DNA from: a virus
Lineage: Duplodnaviria; Caudoviricetes
Direction: 5' to 3' (one strand)
IMG/VR virus record: IMGVR_UViG_3300017560_000033
Location: 1-24,057 of that record
Length of the DNA: 24,057 bases
Under the pieces are notes generated by a model. The model had not been told where the DNA came from. It did no database searches and saw only the letters and a list, made by a program, of their open reading frames with translations. The number at the start of each line of letters is the position of its first letter. Within the stretch, counting starts at the first letter, position 1. A program made the translations under genes and the position numbers. Shown here piece after piece: positions 16,762-24,057 of the stretch.

Positions 16762-17879
16762 TGGCTCTTCAGCCCTTCGTCTGGTCCGGAAATCAGGCTA
16801 TCTCCACCCCTGAAGCTGCAGAGCGCCGGCGTCGAGTCGCAGAGGCCATGATTGGTCAGGCCGCAACGCCAGCAACCAATTGGGCTGAAGGCTTGAGCGA
16901 CGTAGCTGCTGCCTTTACCGGCACACAGCTTCAGAACCAGGCCGCTGCCGCCGAAGAGGCGGGCCGTGCATCAGCCGCACAGGCTCTTGCCGGTCTGGGT
17001 CCGAATGCTGGATTCTCCGATATCGCTGGAGCCCTCTCCAATCCATGGCTATCCCAGCCTCAGTCCACTATTGCCGCTGCACTGCTTCAGCAGAACCTCC
17101 AGAGCCAAGACCCTGCATATCAGCTTGATCTTGCCTATAAGCAGGCGCAGATCGACAAAATGAATGCCGATATGATGGGTGGCGGCGCTTCCGAGTACTT
17201 CGGAACCCCCGTTCCATTCCAGAACCCAGACGGCTCTATCGGCTTCGGGCAGCTTGGCAAGGACGGGTCATTCAAGCCTATTGGCCTTCCTGAAGGCGCA
17301 CAGCCAGCCCCAACAACTCGTCAGGTAGATACAGGAACTGAAATCATCACCATGGATATCTATGGTAATGAACTCTACCGAACTCCGAAGGATCTTCGCG
17401 GCGCTGAAGCTCAGAGGGCAATCGGTGCGGCTGAAGGCGCTGGCGTTGTAGCAGCCCCGAGCGATATTGCATCGGCTGAAATGGCCCTTGATCTTCTAAA
17501 CCAGATCGAGACAAACCCGGAATTGCCGTGGGCAACGGGGCAAAGTGTTCAGCTTGGTGGTAATACTGGCCTTATTCCTGGTACGCAGGGGCGAAAAGAT
17601 TTCCAGAACCTTGTTGACCAAGCTACAAGCGGTGCATTTCTTAGTGCTATTCAGCAAATGCGTGGAATGGGCTCTCTATCTAATGCCGAAGGACAGACGG
17701 CGACTGCCGCTGTTACACGAATGAACACTGCGACATCTGAATCGGCATTCCGGAAGGCTTTGGCTGATTACCGATCCGTAGTTGAACGAGGACTTTCGAA
17801 TGCACAGAAACGACTTGGTGGCGGCACGCAGGCATCTCCTGAAGTATCTGTAGACGTTGTTGATTGGACGGATCTCTAA
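16761..17879 (+). CDS. putative DNA ejection protein (alternative start GTG 16758)
   Basis: A/Q/G-rich helical protein with G.GSLSNAEG motif; located among internal virion protein genes. Confidence 0.7.
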   Translation: MALQPFVWSGNQAISTPEAAERRRRVAEAMIGQAATPATNWAEGLSDVAAAFTGTQLQNQAAAAEEAGRASAAQALAGLGPNAGFSDIAGALSNPWLSQPQSTIAAALLQQNLQSQDPAYQLDLAYKQAQIDKMNADMMGGGASEYFGTPVPFQNPDGSIGFGQLGKDGSFKPIGLPEGAQPAPTTRQVDTGTEIITMDIYGNELYRTPKDLRGAEAQRAIGAAEGAGVVAAPSDIASAEMALDLLNQIETNPELPWATGQSVQLGGNTGLIPGTQGRKDFQNLVDQATSGAFLSAIQQMRGMGSLSNAEGQTATAAVTRMNTATSESAFRKALADYRSVVERGLSNAQKRLGGGTQASPEVSVDVVDWTDL

Positions 17880-19457
17880 ATGGTTGATGTGCGGCTCCCT
17901 GATGGTCGTGTAGCGCGGTTCCCGGACACCATGCCGAGGGAGGAGATCCGTTCGTTCATTCAACAGAAATTCCCTGAACCCAGTGCCACTCCTGCTCCCA
18001 CTGCTCAGATGCAGTCCGAGCCCAATCTTCTAGATCGCGCAGGGCAGGCTATCGGCTCTACGTTTACTGGCATGACGCAGGGTGCAACTCTCGGCGCCTA
18101 CGATGAACTAGCCGCTCTCCTCGGAACGCCTATCAAGGCCGCAGAAAACCTTATTACAGGGCAAGACTCCATTAATGGGATAGGCGACGTTGGCCGTTTC
18201 CTCGGCAGCTCGTTTACTGATGCTCAGGGAGGGCAGCAAGCCCTTGTCAACCAAGCATACGAACAAGCCCCTGTGTCAGCCCTTGCGGGTGACGTTGCCG
18301 GTTCTCTGGCATTTGGCCTTCTGTCCGGTGGCGCGAATGCTGCGACGATTGCTCGTCCTACAGTAGCAGGAATGGCCGCACGTGGCGGCATAGAGGGCGC
18401 GCTTATGGGTTCGGGGACCGGCTACAATTCGTCCGAAGATCCAAGCCTTGAAGGGCGTCTATCTTCTGCTGCACAAGGCGCTGTGGTCGGCGGCGCTCTG
18501 GGTGCGATCACTGGCGGGCTTGTGGGAAATAGCATGTCCAAAGCTCAGAGGAATGCAGTACCAACAGTTCAGGATTTGGCCGATGAGGCCGGAGCGCTCT
18601 ACTCGGCAGCTCGCTCTTCTGGCGTAACGTCATCCCCTCAGATGACAGACCAGATCGCCAACACTATCGAGGGAATTGCTAGGGCAGAAAACGTTATCCT
18701 TCCGAGTGGGAAGGTGAATGACACATATCCCAAGATCTCAAGCATTCTTAATGTGTTCGATGAATATAAGAACAGAAGTCTTGATGTTGGGGAGATGCAG
18801 TCTATCCGTAGGACTCTACAGGACGCAGCTAAAAGCATAGACCCTGGAGAGCGCCGGGTCGCGACTATCATGCTTAGCGAGTTTGATGACTTCGCTACGT
18901 CTGTAGCCCCAGAACTTGCAGAGGCTTCACAGCTTTATCGTCGGTCCAAGCTTGGGGAGATGATCGAACAGGCTATTGAGTTGGCCGATAACCGCTCTAG
19001 TCAGTTCAGTCAATCCGGAATGGAGAATGCTCTCCGTACTCAGTTCCGGCAGATGAACGCTCAGATCATAAAAGGCCAGTTGCGCGGAGTACCGCCCGAG
19101 CTAGCTGAGCAGATTCGCCTTGTTGCGGATGGTAGTCCGATCCAAAACTTTGCACGGAGCGTTGGCAAGTTTGCTGTGCGAGGGCCTGTTTCTGGCGTGA
19201 TTCCCACCATTGCCGGGGGCGCCGGGTTTGCTGCTGGGGGGGGGCCGGTTGGTGCCGCCCTAGGAGCAGGCGCTGTAGCTCTGCCCGGAGAGATTGGAAA
19301 ACGGGTAGCTGAGAATATGTCGATCCGAAACGCGGATATTGCCTCTGCACTTGCGAGGTCTGGAGGTGCTCTGCCATCTGTTGATTATTCCCCTGTTTCC
19401 CAGGCTCTCGTTAATGCTAGCGGCAACCTTGGTGGTCGCCTTCTTCCCAACTTCTAG
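17880..19457 (+). CDS. putative DNA ejection protein (membrane-interacting Gly-zipper segments)
   Basis: MVDVRLPDGRV.RFPD start, GATLG.YDEL motif, several GxxxG hydrophobic stretches and a helical core. Confidence 0.7.
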   Translation: MVDVRLPDGRVARFPDTMPREEIRSFIQQKFPEPSATPAPTAQMQSEPNLLDRAGQAIGSTFTGMTQGATLGAYDELAALLGTPIKAAENLITGQDSINGIGDVGRFLGSSFTDAQGGQQALVNQAYEQAPVSALAGDVAGSLAFGLLSGGANAATIARPTVAGMAARGGIEGALMGSGTGYNSSEDPSLEGRLSSAAQGAVVGGALGAITGGLVGNSMSKAQRNAVPTVQDLADEAGALYSAARSSGVTSSPQMTDQIANTIEGIARAENVILPSGKVNDTYPKISSILNVFDEYKNRSLDVGEMQSIRRTLQDAAKSIDPGERRVATIMLSEFDDFATSVAPELAEASQLYRRSKLGEMIEQAIELADNRSSQFSQSGMENALRTQFRQMNAQIIKGQLRGVPPELAEQIRLVADGSPIQNFARSVGKFAVRGPVSGVIPTIAGGAGFAAGGGPVGAALGAGAVALPGEIGKRVAENMSIRNADIASALARSGGALPSVDYSPVSQALVNASGNLGGRLLPNF

Positions 19458-19558
19458 GAGAACAGAGAGTGCCAAGGGATTACATATTTAGAAATCATGG
19501 AGAATGCAGCGAATGCAATCGCATATGCCCAAACTCTCTTGTCCATCAAGTTAATCAT
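19454..19558 (-). CDS. 34-aa single-pass membrane peptide
   Basis: Minus strand reads GGAAAGGAAGGAGAGACAA-ATG; MINLMDKRVWAYAIAFAAFSMISKYVIPWHSLFS; TAG overlaps the convergent stop at CTAG 19454-19457. Not in ORF track. Confidence 0.7.
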   Translation of the reverse strand: MINLMDKRVWAYAIAFAAFSMISKYVIPWHSLFS

Positions 19559-19605
19559 TTGTCTCTCCTTCCTTTCCATAGCACCACAACCATCGGGTAG
19601 CGTCA

Positions 19606-20991
19606 ATGGCCGATCTTACACCACAACAGCTAGACGTTCTCGCTAGGACGGTTCTCGGGGAGGCCAGAGGGGAAGGGCAGCTTGGGATGGAGGCCGTCGC
19701 CCATAATATCAGGAACCGCGCCAATTCGGGCCAGTACCCATCCGATCCCGCTGCTGTTGCTCTCCAGCCCAAGCAGTATTCTACATGGAATAGCGGTGAA
19801 GGAGGCAATAACCCACAACAGTTTAGCCCTAATTCTCCGCAGTATCAGACGGCGCAGCAGATCATTCAGAGCGTGTTTGGAGGCGCGTCTCCTGACCCAA
19901 CGAATGGCGCTCTGTTCTATCATAACCCGAGCGTCAATCCGTCATGGGCAAACTCCGTTAACCAGTACGGCACAACGCAGATCGGCAACCATATTTTCTA
20001 CAATGGCAGGCCACAACCAACACCAGTAAACCCGGCAACGCAGTCTCAGGACATGGCCTTGATGCGTAACCCGATCATGAGCCAGTCTGCTCGCGATAGT
20101 CAGGTTACTCCATATCCTCGCGATCAGTCTCTTGAGATGCTCATGCGCCGCACGCCTGGAGAGACAATTGCAACTGTCCCCACATCTGGAATTGGCCAGC
20201 CACCTGGTACGCGCGTTGTGCAGTCCGTCCCGATGGGAGGTGATGGGTCTGCATATGCTCAGGCTGCTCGCCGTGCAGCCCTCGGCGCAAACCAAAGCTA
20301 TGTAGAGCGCAATCCAGGGATGAATCGAACACAGTCTCAGCAGCCTAGTTCTCAGCAGGTGAACGACGCAGCCAGACGGGCGGCTTTGACTGCAAACCAG
20401 TCATATGTTGAGCGGAATCCAAGAGCGGTAACGCCACAGGAAGAGCAGACAGAGATTGGTCGTCTTCTGGGGATCTATCAGCATGGTGGCCCAACACGTA
20501 CCAGTATGAACGCTCTGGACAGGCTGCCGCAAGGAACTGGCCTTACGCCTCGTGATTCCATACTCCCATTGGCAAGCAATCCAATCATGGTCGGGTCTGG
20601 CGCTAATGCTCCGACGCCGATGCCATACGGCGCTCGCCCTGGCGGCAATGTTGCTCCTGTTCCTATGGCGGCGAATATGCGACCGACTGGAGTGCTGCCA
20701 ATCGCTTCTGCTCCTCTAGCTGGAGGGGTAAGGGGAGGGGCGCCAGCACAAGCCCAACTCCCAATCGCAGCGAATGGTGGTTCTGGTCCGACCAGGATCG
20801 TTATTGATGGAGCCGGTAGTTATTCTGCTCCACAGGCCATGACGCCGGTACAGCAATATCAGTCTATGGGCCTATCGCCATCCCAGGCCTATGAGGTTGC
20901 CAACCAGCAGGCCGCTGCAAATGCGTACCGGAACGCATATGGCAAGGAAGATACGAGATCGGATTGGTTCAAGTCGGTGACGGGGGGTTAA
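19606..20991 (+). CDS. cell wall hydrolase (SleB/Hydrolase_2-like) domain fused to a long P/Q/A-rich region; putative virion-associated lytic enzyme
   Basis: LARTVLGEARGEG..GMEAVA..I.NR, QPKQYS.WN, DPTNGALFYHNP and QIGNHIFY in roughly the first 135 aa; the rest is low complexity. Confidence 0.88.
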   Translation: MADLTPQQLDVLARTVLGEARGEGQLGMEAVAHNIRNRANSGQYPSDPAAVALQPKQYSTWNSGEGGNNPQQFSPNSPQYQTAQQIIQSVFGGASPDPTNGALFYHNPSVNPSWANSVNQYGTTQIGNHIFYNGRPQPTPVNPATQSQDMALMRNPIMSQSARDSQVTPYPRDQSLEMLMRRTPGETIATVPTSGIGQPPGTRVVQSVPMGGDGSAYAQAARRAALGANQSYVERNPGMNRTQSQQPSSQQVNDAARRAALTANQSYVERNPRAVTPQEEQTEIGRLLGIYQHGGPTRTSMNALDRLPQGTGLTPRDSILPLASNPIMVGSGANAPTPMPYGARPGGNVAPVPMAANMRPTGVLPIASAPLAGGVRGGAPAQAQLPIAANGGSGPTRIVIDGAGSYSAPQAMTPVQQYQSMGLSPSQAYEVANQQAAANAYRNAYGKEDTRSDWFKSVTGG

Positions 20992-21032
20992 GAATAGTGT
21001 ACAAATCTAAAAAGATTGTTCGGAGATAACGA

Positions 21033-22313
21033 ATGCCACGGTCCCCTACTGTTCTAACACCGCCTCCTGGCACTCTTCCGTTTACGCCGAACACCACGAT
21101 TGAATCGGGTAAGGCTAACGCTGTCTGGCTCGATCTCTATCAGGACGGGAATACGCCTCGACCTATCGAGTATGGTGGAACTGGTGCATCGAATGCTGCC
21201 GACGCGTTAAACAATTTAGGAGCCATCGGGCAAGGAAACTTCCTCGCTTCCTTTAGTATAGGAGATGGATATTATTCTGCTAGGAATATAGCTTCCGAAT
21301 CCGGCGTCTGGCTGAAAAGGGATGGGGCTCTATACGACAGCACTTCATATCCTGAACTTGCTGCTCTTCTTCCGGCTTTGCCGGATGGCGTAGAGTGGTC
21401 AGCAGTCCCCACAGCTCTAACAGGAACCATTTGGGCTTTTTATGCCGATGCTGATGGGTTTTATATCGGCACAAGATCTGGCGATGACAGCAATATATAT
21501 TTTTCCGAAGATATGGTTGGGTTTTCCCTACGTGCTGTTATCCCCTCGTTTTCTATCGAAGGAATAATGAAAGGAGGCGGCGTATTCGGCGCGACAGACG
21601 GGAATGGGAAAGTCACATCATCGAATGATGGAGTTAATTGGACGCCTCCTTTCTCTGTAAACTCGCAAGGGTTTGGGCCTGGCGGCCTGGCATGGAGCGG
21701 TATCGTCTTCTGTGCCGTAGGCGGTAATGGATCTATTTATACCTCCCCCGATTTCGTAACTTGGACCTCTCGTAGCAGTGGTTCGTCATCGTTTCTTTTC
21801 TCTGTCAAGTTCTTAAATGGGAACTTTGTAGTAACTGGTGGAAGTGGAGTTGTATTAACATCGAACTCCGCAGGTGAGACTTGGGCTTTAAGAGCCACGG
21901 GTGTAACAGCTAACCTCAATAGCAGTGCATATCTAAGCCCTAATTATGTTATTGTTGGATCTGTTTCTTCTGGATCTGCCGTCATTCTGTCATCCTCCGA
22001 CCTCTCTACTTGGTCTGTCAGGCCAAGTGGCTCGGCTTTTCAACTCAGGTCAGTAACAGCGTCTAGCTCTGGATTTCTGGCAGTTGGAGATAATGGTGTT
22101 GCGCGAATATCCGCTCAAGGTACAGCGTGGTCTTCAAGCTCAACAGGAGTTAGCGTCAACCTCCTTGTCGCCATACACGACCCAGACACACCTTCTGTCT
22201 ATTACACATCAGCAACCACATCTATTCTTAAAGGGATTAGAACCCTAACAACGCAGTTTCGTGTCCCTAACGACGCTCCCCAATACGGATGGATCAAAGC
22301 GGAGAACGACTGA
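21033..22313 (+). CDS. tail fibre / receptor-binding protein with collar-like segment and BNR beta-propeller
   Basis: GGAG RBS; anchor-like N-terminus (PNTTIES...PRPIEYGGTGASNAADALNNLG); WLKRDGALY...YPELAALL; Asp-box-like SSNDGVNW, TSPDFVTW, SSSDLSTW; C-terminal TTQFRVPN...WIKA. Confidence 0.85.
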   Translation: MPRSPTVLTPPPGTLPFTPNTTIESGKANAVWLDLYQDGNTPRPIEYGGTGASNAADALNNLGAIGQGNFLASFSIGDGYYSARNIASESGVWLKRDGALYDSTSYPELAALLPALPDGVEWSAVPTALTGTIWAFYADADGFYIGTRSGDDSNIYFSEDMVGFSLRAVIPSFSIEGIMKGGGVFGATDGNGKVTSSNDGVNWTPPFSVNSQGFGPGGLAWSGIVFCAVGGNGSIYTSPDFVTWTSRSSGSSSFLFSVKFLNGNFVVTGGSGVVLTSNSAGETWALRATGVTANLNSSAYLSPNYVIVGSVSSGSAVILSSSDLSTWSVRPSGSAFQLRSVTASSSGFLAVGDNGVARISAQGTAWSSSSTGVSVNLLVAIHDPDTPSVYYTSATTSILKGIRTLTTQFRVPNDAPQYGWIKAEND

Positions 22314-22990
22314 TGAAAGATAATTTTGATGCCGCTCTCAAGGAAGTCCTAAAGCATGAAGGCGGTTGGTCGGATCATCCTCAGGATCCGGGCGGGGCCA
22401 CGAATATGGGGATCACCATTGCGACGTACCGGAAATGGATCGACCGAAACGGCACTCCTGAAGATCTGAAGAAGATTTCCTACACTCAGGTCGCCAAGAT
22501 CTACCGGAGCGCTTATTGGAACGCGGTAAAAGGTGATGAGCTTCCATCCGGCATCGACTATGCTGTTTTTGACTTTGGCGTGAACTCCGGCACGACGCGC
22601 GCCGCAAAATACCTGCAAGCCGTTCTAGGCGTTGCGCAGGACGGTAAGATCGGTCCTCTTACAATTGCCGAAGCCCATAAGGCGGATGCTGAAGCTGTCG
22701 TTAACTCCCTATGTGATCGGCGTATGGCATTCCTTAAGGGACTAAAAACCTTTGCAACGTTCGGGAAAGGATGGACGCGCCGGGTCTCTGAAGTGCGCGC
22801 TCTTGCTCTCACGATGGCTGAGTCTATAATCGGAAAACCCATCCCGCATCTGGGACCAAAGGAGCCTCCAGTGGACGTATGGCAACCCGATCTTGAACCG
22901 AACAAGGGGCTTGGCATTCCAGCGCTTGTCCTGATCGTCTTTGCGGCTATTGCTGCCGCTGTAGTCTTCTTCTTTGTACCGATTGGTTGA
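22313..22990 (+). CDS. endolysin, glycoside hydrolase family 108 with peptidoglycan-binding domain and C-terminal hydrophobic helix
   Basis: HEGGWSDHPQDPGGATNMGIT, YW...GD.LPSG.D..VFD.GVNSG, DGKIGP.T, FGKGWTRRV; TGATG coupling and GGAG RBS support the 22313 start. Confidence 0.93.
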   Translation: MKDNFDAALKEVLKHEGGWSDHPQDPGGATNMGITIATYRKWIDRNGTPEDLKKISYTQVAKIYRSAYWNAVKGDELPSGIDYAVFDFGVNSGTTRAAKYLQAVLGVAQDGKIGPLTIAEAHKADAEAVVNSLCDRRMAFLKGLKTFATFGKGWTRRVSEVRALALTMAESIIGKPIPHLGPKEPPVDVWQPDLEPNKGLGIPALVLIVFAAIAAAVVFFFVPIG

Positions 22991-22994
22991 TAAA

Positions 22995-23360
22995 ATGGGA
23001 AACACTCTCGCCAAAATCCTCCTCGGCAAGATCTTCGACAAGACCATGGAGACGCTCCTGAAGCCGAGCACTCCAGTAAACGATCTTAGCGCTCCAGAGG
23101 TGGCTCAGAAGGTCACGGACGCCGTTAAACCCATCGTAGAGAACGCCACGAATTCGGAGCCTTGGTATAAGTCTCGGATCTACCTCGGCCTGCTCATCTC
23201 TGGCGTTGGCATCTTCGGTTCCCGATTCGGCATCAACATTCCGGGATCAGAGATCGATAGCATCGTCACAATCGTTCTTCAGGTGATGGAAGTCGGTGGG
23301 CTCCTGTTCGCGACATATGGTCGTCTTGTTGGCGCCTCAAAACCGCCCATTGGTGGCTGA
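22995..23360 (+). CDS. holin-like membrane protein
   Basis: Follows the endolysin; EPWYKSRIYLGLLISGVGIFG plus a second hydrophobic helix ending YGR. Confidence 0.65.
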   Translation: MGNTLAKILLGKIFDKTMETLLKPSTPVNDLSAPEVAQKVTDAVKPIVENATNSEPWYKSRIYLGLLISGVGIFGSRFGINIPGSEIDSIVTIVLQVMEVGGLLFATYGRLVGASKPPIGG

Positions 23361-23361
23361 T

Positions 23362-23436
23362 ATGTATAATGCGTACTACACCATCATCATGGTTCTCATC
23401 GTCCTGCTCATTCTCAAGATAGCAGGGTATCTGTAG
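23362..23436 (+). CDS. 24-aa single-pass membrane peptide
   Basis: GGTGG upstream; MYNAYYTIIMVLIVLLILKIAGYL-TAG fills the gap between two lysis-region genes. Not in ORF track. Confidence 0.65.
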   Translation: MYNAYYTIIMVLIVLLILKIAGYL

Positions 23437-23440
23437 AGGT

Positions 23441-23674
23441 ATGGAAGTTGATGCCGTACAGAAAGCATTCGAAGGAGGTCCATGGGGTGTATGCGCCCTA
23501 TTGGTCGTTGCCCTTGTCTTTCTGGTGCGTCACATCATCAGCCTTTATTCCAGGATCGATGCAATGCATGTGGAATGGAGGTCGGATAGTAACCAGTCAC
23601 TTACCTCCGTCTCAACAGCCCTCGGAACAATTCAGGCCACGCTCAATGCCCTCAATACCCAACACAAAGGTTAG
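23441..23674 (+). CDS. small membrane protein (N-terminal TM helix plus amphipathic tail), lysis region
   Basis: GAGGT directly upstream; GPWGVCALLVVALVFLVRHII hydrophobic segment. Confidence 0.75.
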   Translation: MEVDAVQKAFEGGPWGVCALLVVALVFLVRHIISLYSRIDAMHVEWRSDSNQSLTSVSTALGTIQATLNALNTQHKG

Positions 23675-23678
23675 TCCA

Positions 23679-23837
23679 ATGTGGTGGTGGCAGAAGGACC
23701 GGAAAGCAGATAACGAGAAAACCCGTGAAATTCGTGGTACACTTGCATCAAAGGTTATAGAACTCGATAACCAGACTAAGCGACTAGAAGAGCTGATGAA
23801 AACGATGCTCTCCGAAAGGTCAAAGGATGCACACTAG
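23679..23837 (+). CDS. small coiled-coil protein, 52 aa
   Basis: AAGG upstream of ATG 23679; MWWWQKDRKADNEKTREIRGTLASKVIELDNQTKRLEELMKTMLSERSKDAH, the 3' part of the track's 23448 ORF. Confidence 0.65.
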   Translation: MWWWQKDRKADNEKTREIRGTLASKVIELDNQTKRLEELMKTMLSERSKDAH

Positions 23838-24057
23838 GTCTCTGTTCCGTTCCTTGGCCCTGACTGCTCTGGTTCTGTTTATCTTCCTCATTCCAACAGC
23901 GTTCCTTACTGCCGATCAACAGGTTGAGCTGTGGAGTGGTGGGCTTACGATGGCTTGCCTCTGGGGCGTATGGCGCTGGGGTCCGACTGCCTGGCGGGCA
24001 TATCGCGAAGGATCTAAAGAGCCATGGCACTACGGCATCATGGCAATCGTGATCCTG
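23827..24057 (+). CDS. multi-pass membrane protein (3'-truncated by window edge)
   Basis: ATG 23827 overlaps the previous gene; MHTRSLFRSLALTALVLFIFLIPTAFL...GGLTMACLWGVWRWG...HYGIMAIVIL stays open to the window end. Confidence 0.7.
   Translation, partial: MHTRSLFRSLALTALVLFIFLIPTAFLTADQQVELWSGGLTMACLWGVWRWGPTAWRAYREGSKEPWHYGIMAIVIL

Noticed and set aside
19469-19600. Plus-strand 43-aa GTG ORF with CxxC (VPRDYIFRNHGECSECNRIC...)
   Set aside because: It has an AGGAG upstream, but it overlaps the minus-strand peptide, which has a stronger RBS and a coherent TM helix; not fully excluded.
21001-21019. Short AT-rich inverted repeat before the second fibre gene
   Set aside because: The stem is too weak and lacks a U-tract; cannot be supported as a terminator or operator.
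23448-23678. Overlapping +1-frame ORF as an embedded Rz1-like o-spanin
   Set aside because: No signal peptide or lipobox; only the part from ATG 23679 looks like a real gene.

Overview
The window is the virion-morphogenesis and lysis region of a tailed phage or prophage with podovirus-like (P22/T7-style, short tail plus ejection proteins) organisation. It is almost entirely on the + strand, with tightly coupled genes. The protein styles suggest an alphaproteobacterial host, but that is inference only. Gene order: small accessory genes with their own promoter/terminator signals and an Ig-like protein (1-2191); portal; an inserted fibre cassette (52-aa protein, repeat-rich fibre, a 7 x 129-bp tandem-repeat BNR beta-propeller, DUF4376-like protein); conserved small protein, scaffold-like protein, major capsid, decoration protein; adaptor and nozzle-like tail proteins; GNAT-like protein; three ejection-like proteins (the first with a C-terminal Peptidase_S74 chaperone and flanked by two HNH-AP2 homing endonucleases); a hidden 34-aa antisense membrane peptide; a SleB-like hydrolase fusion; a second propeller-bearing tail fibre; and a GH108 endolysin with a C-terminal membrane anchor followed by several small membrane proteins. 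No terminase, integrase, tRNA, CRISPR array or reverse transcriptase is visible. The best leads are the repeat-shuffled propeller with three hypervariable codons, promoter-terminator mini-units that may encode small RNAs, a recurring CTCAGAC leader motif, and small ORFs missed by the ORF track. All family calls come from motif recognition by eye, not database searches.
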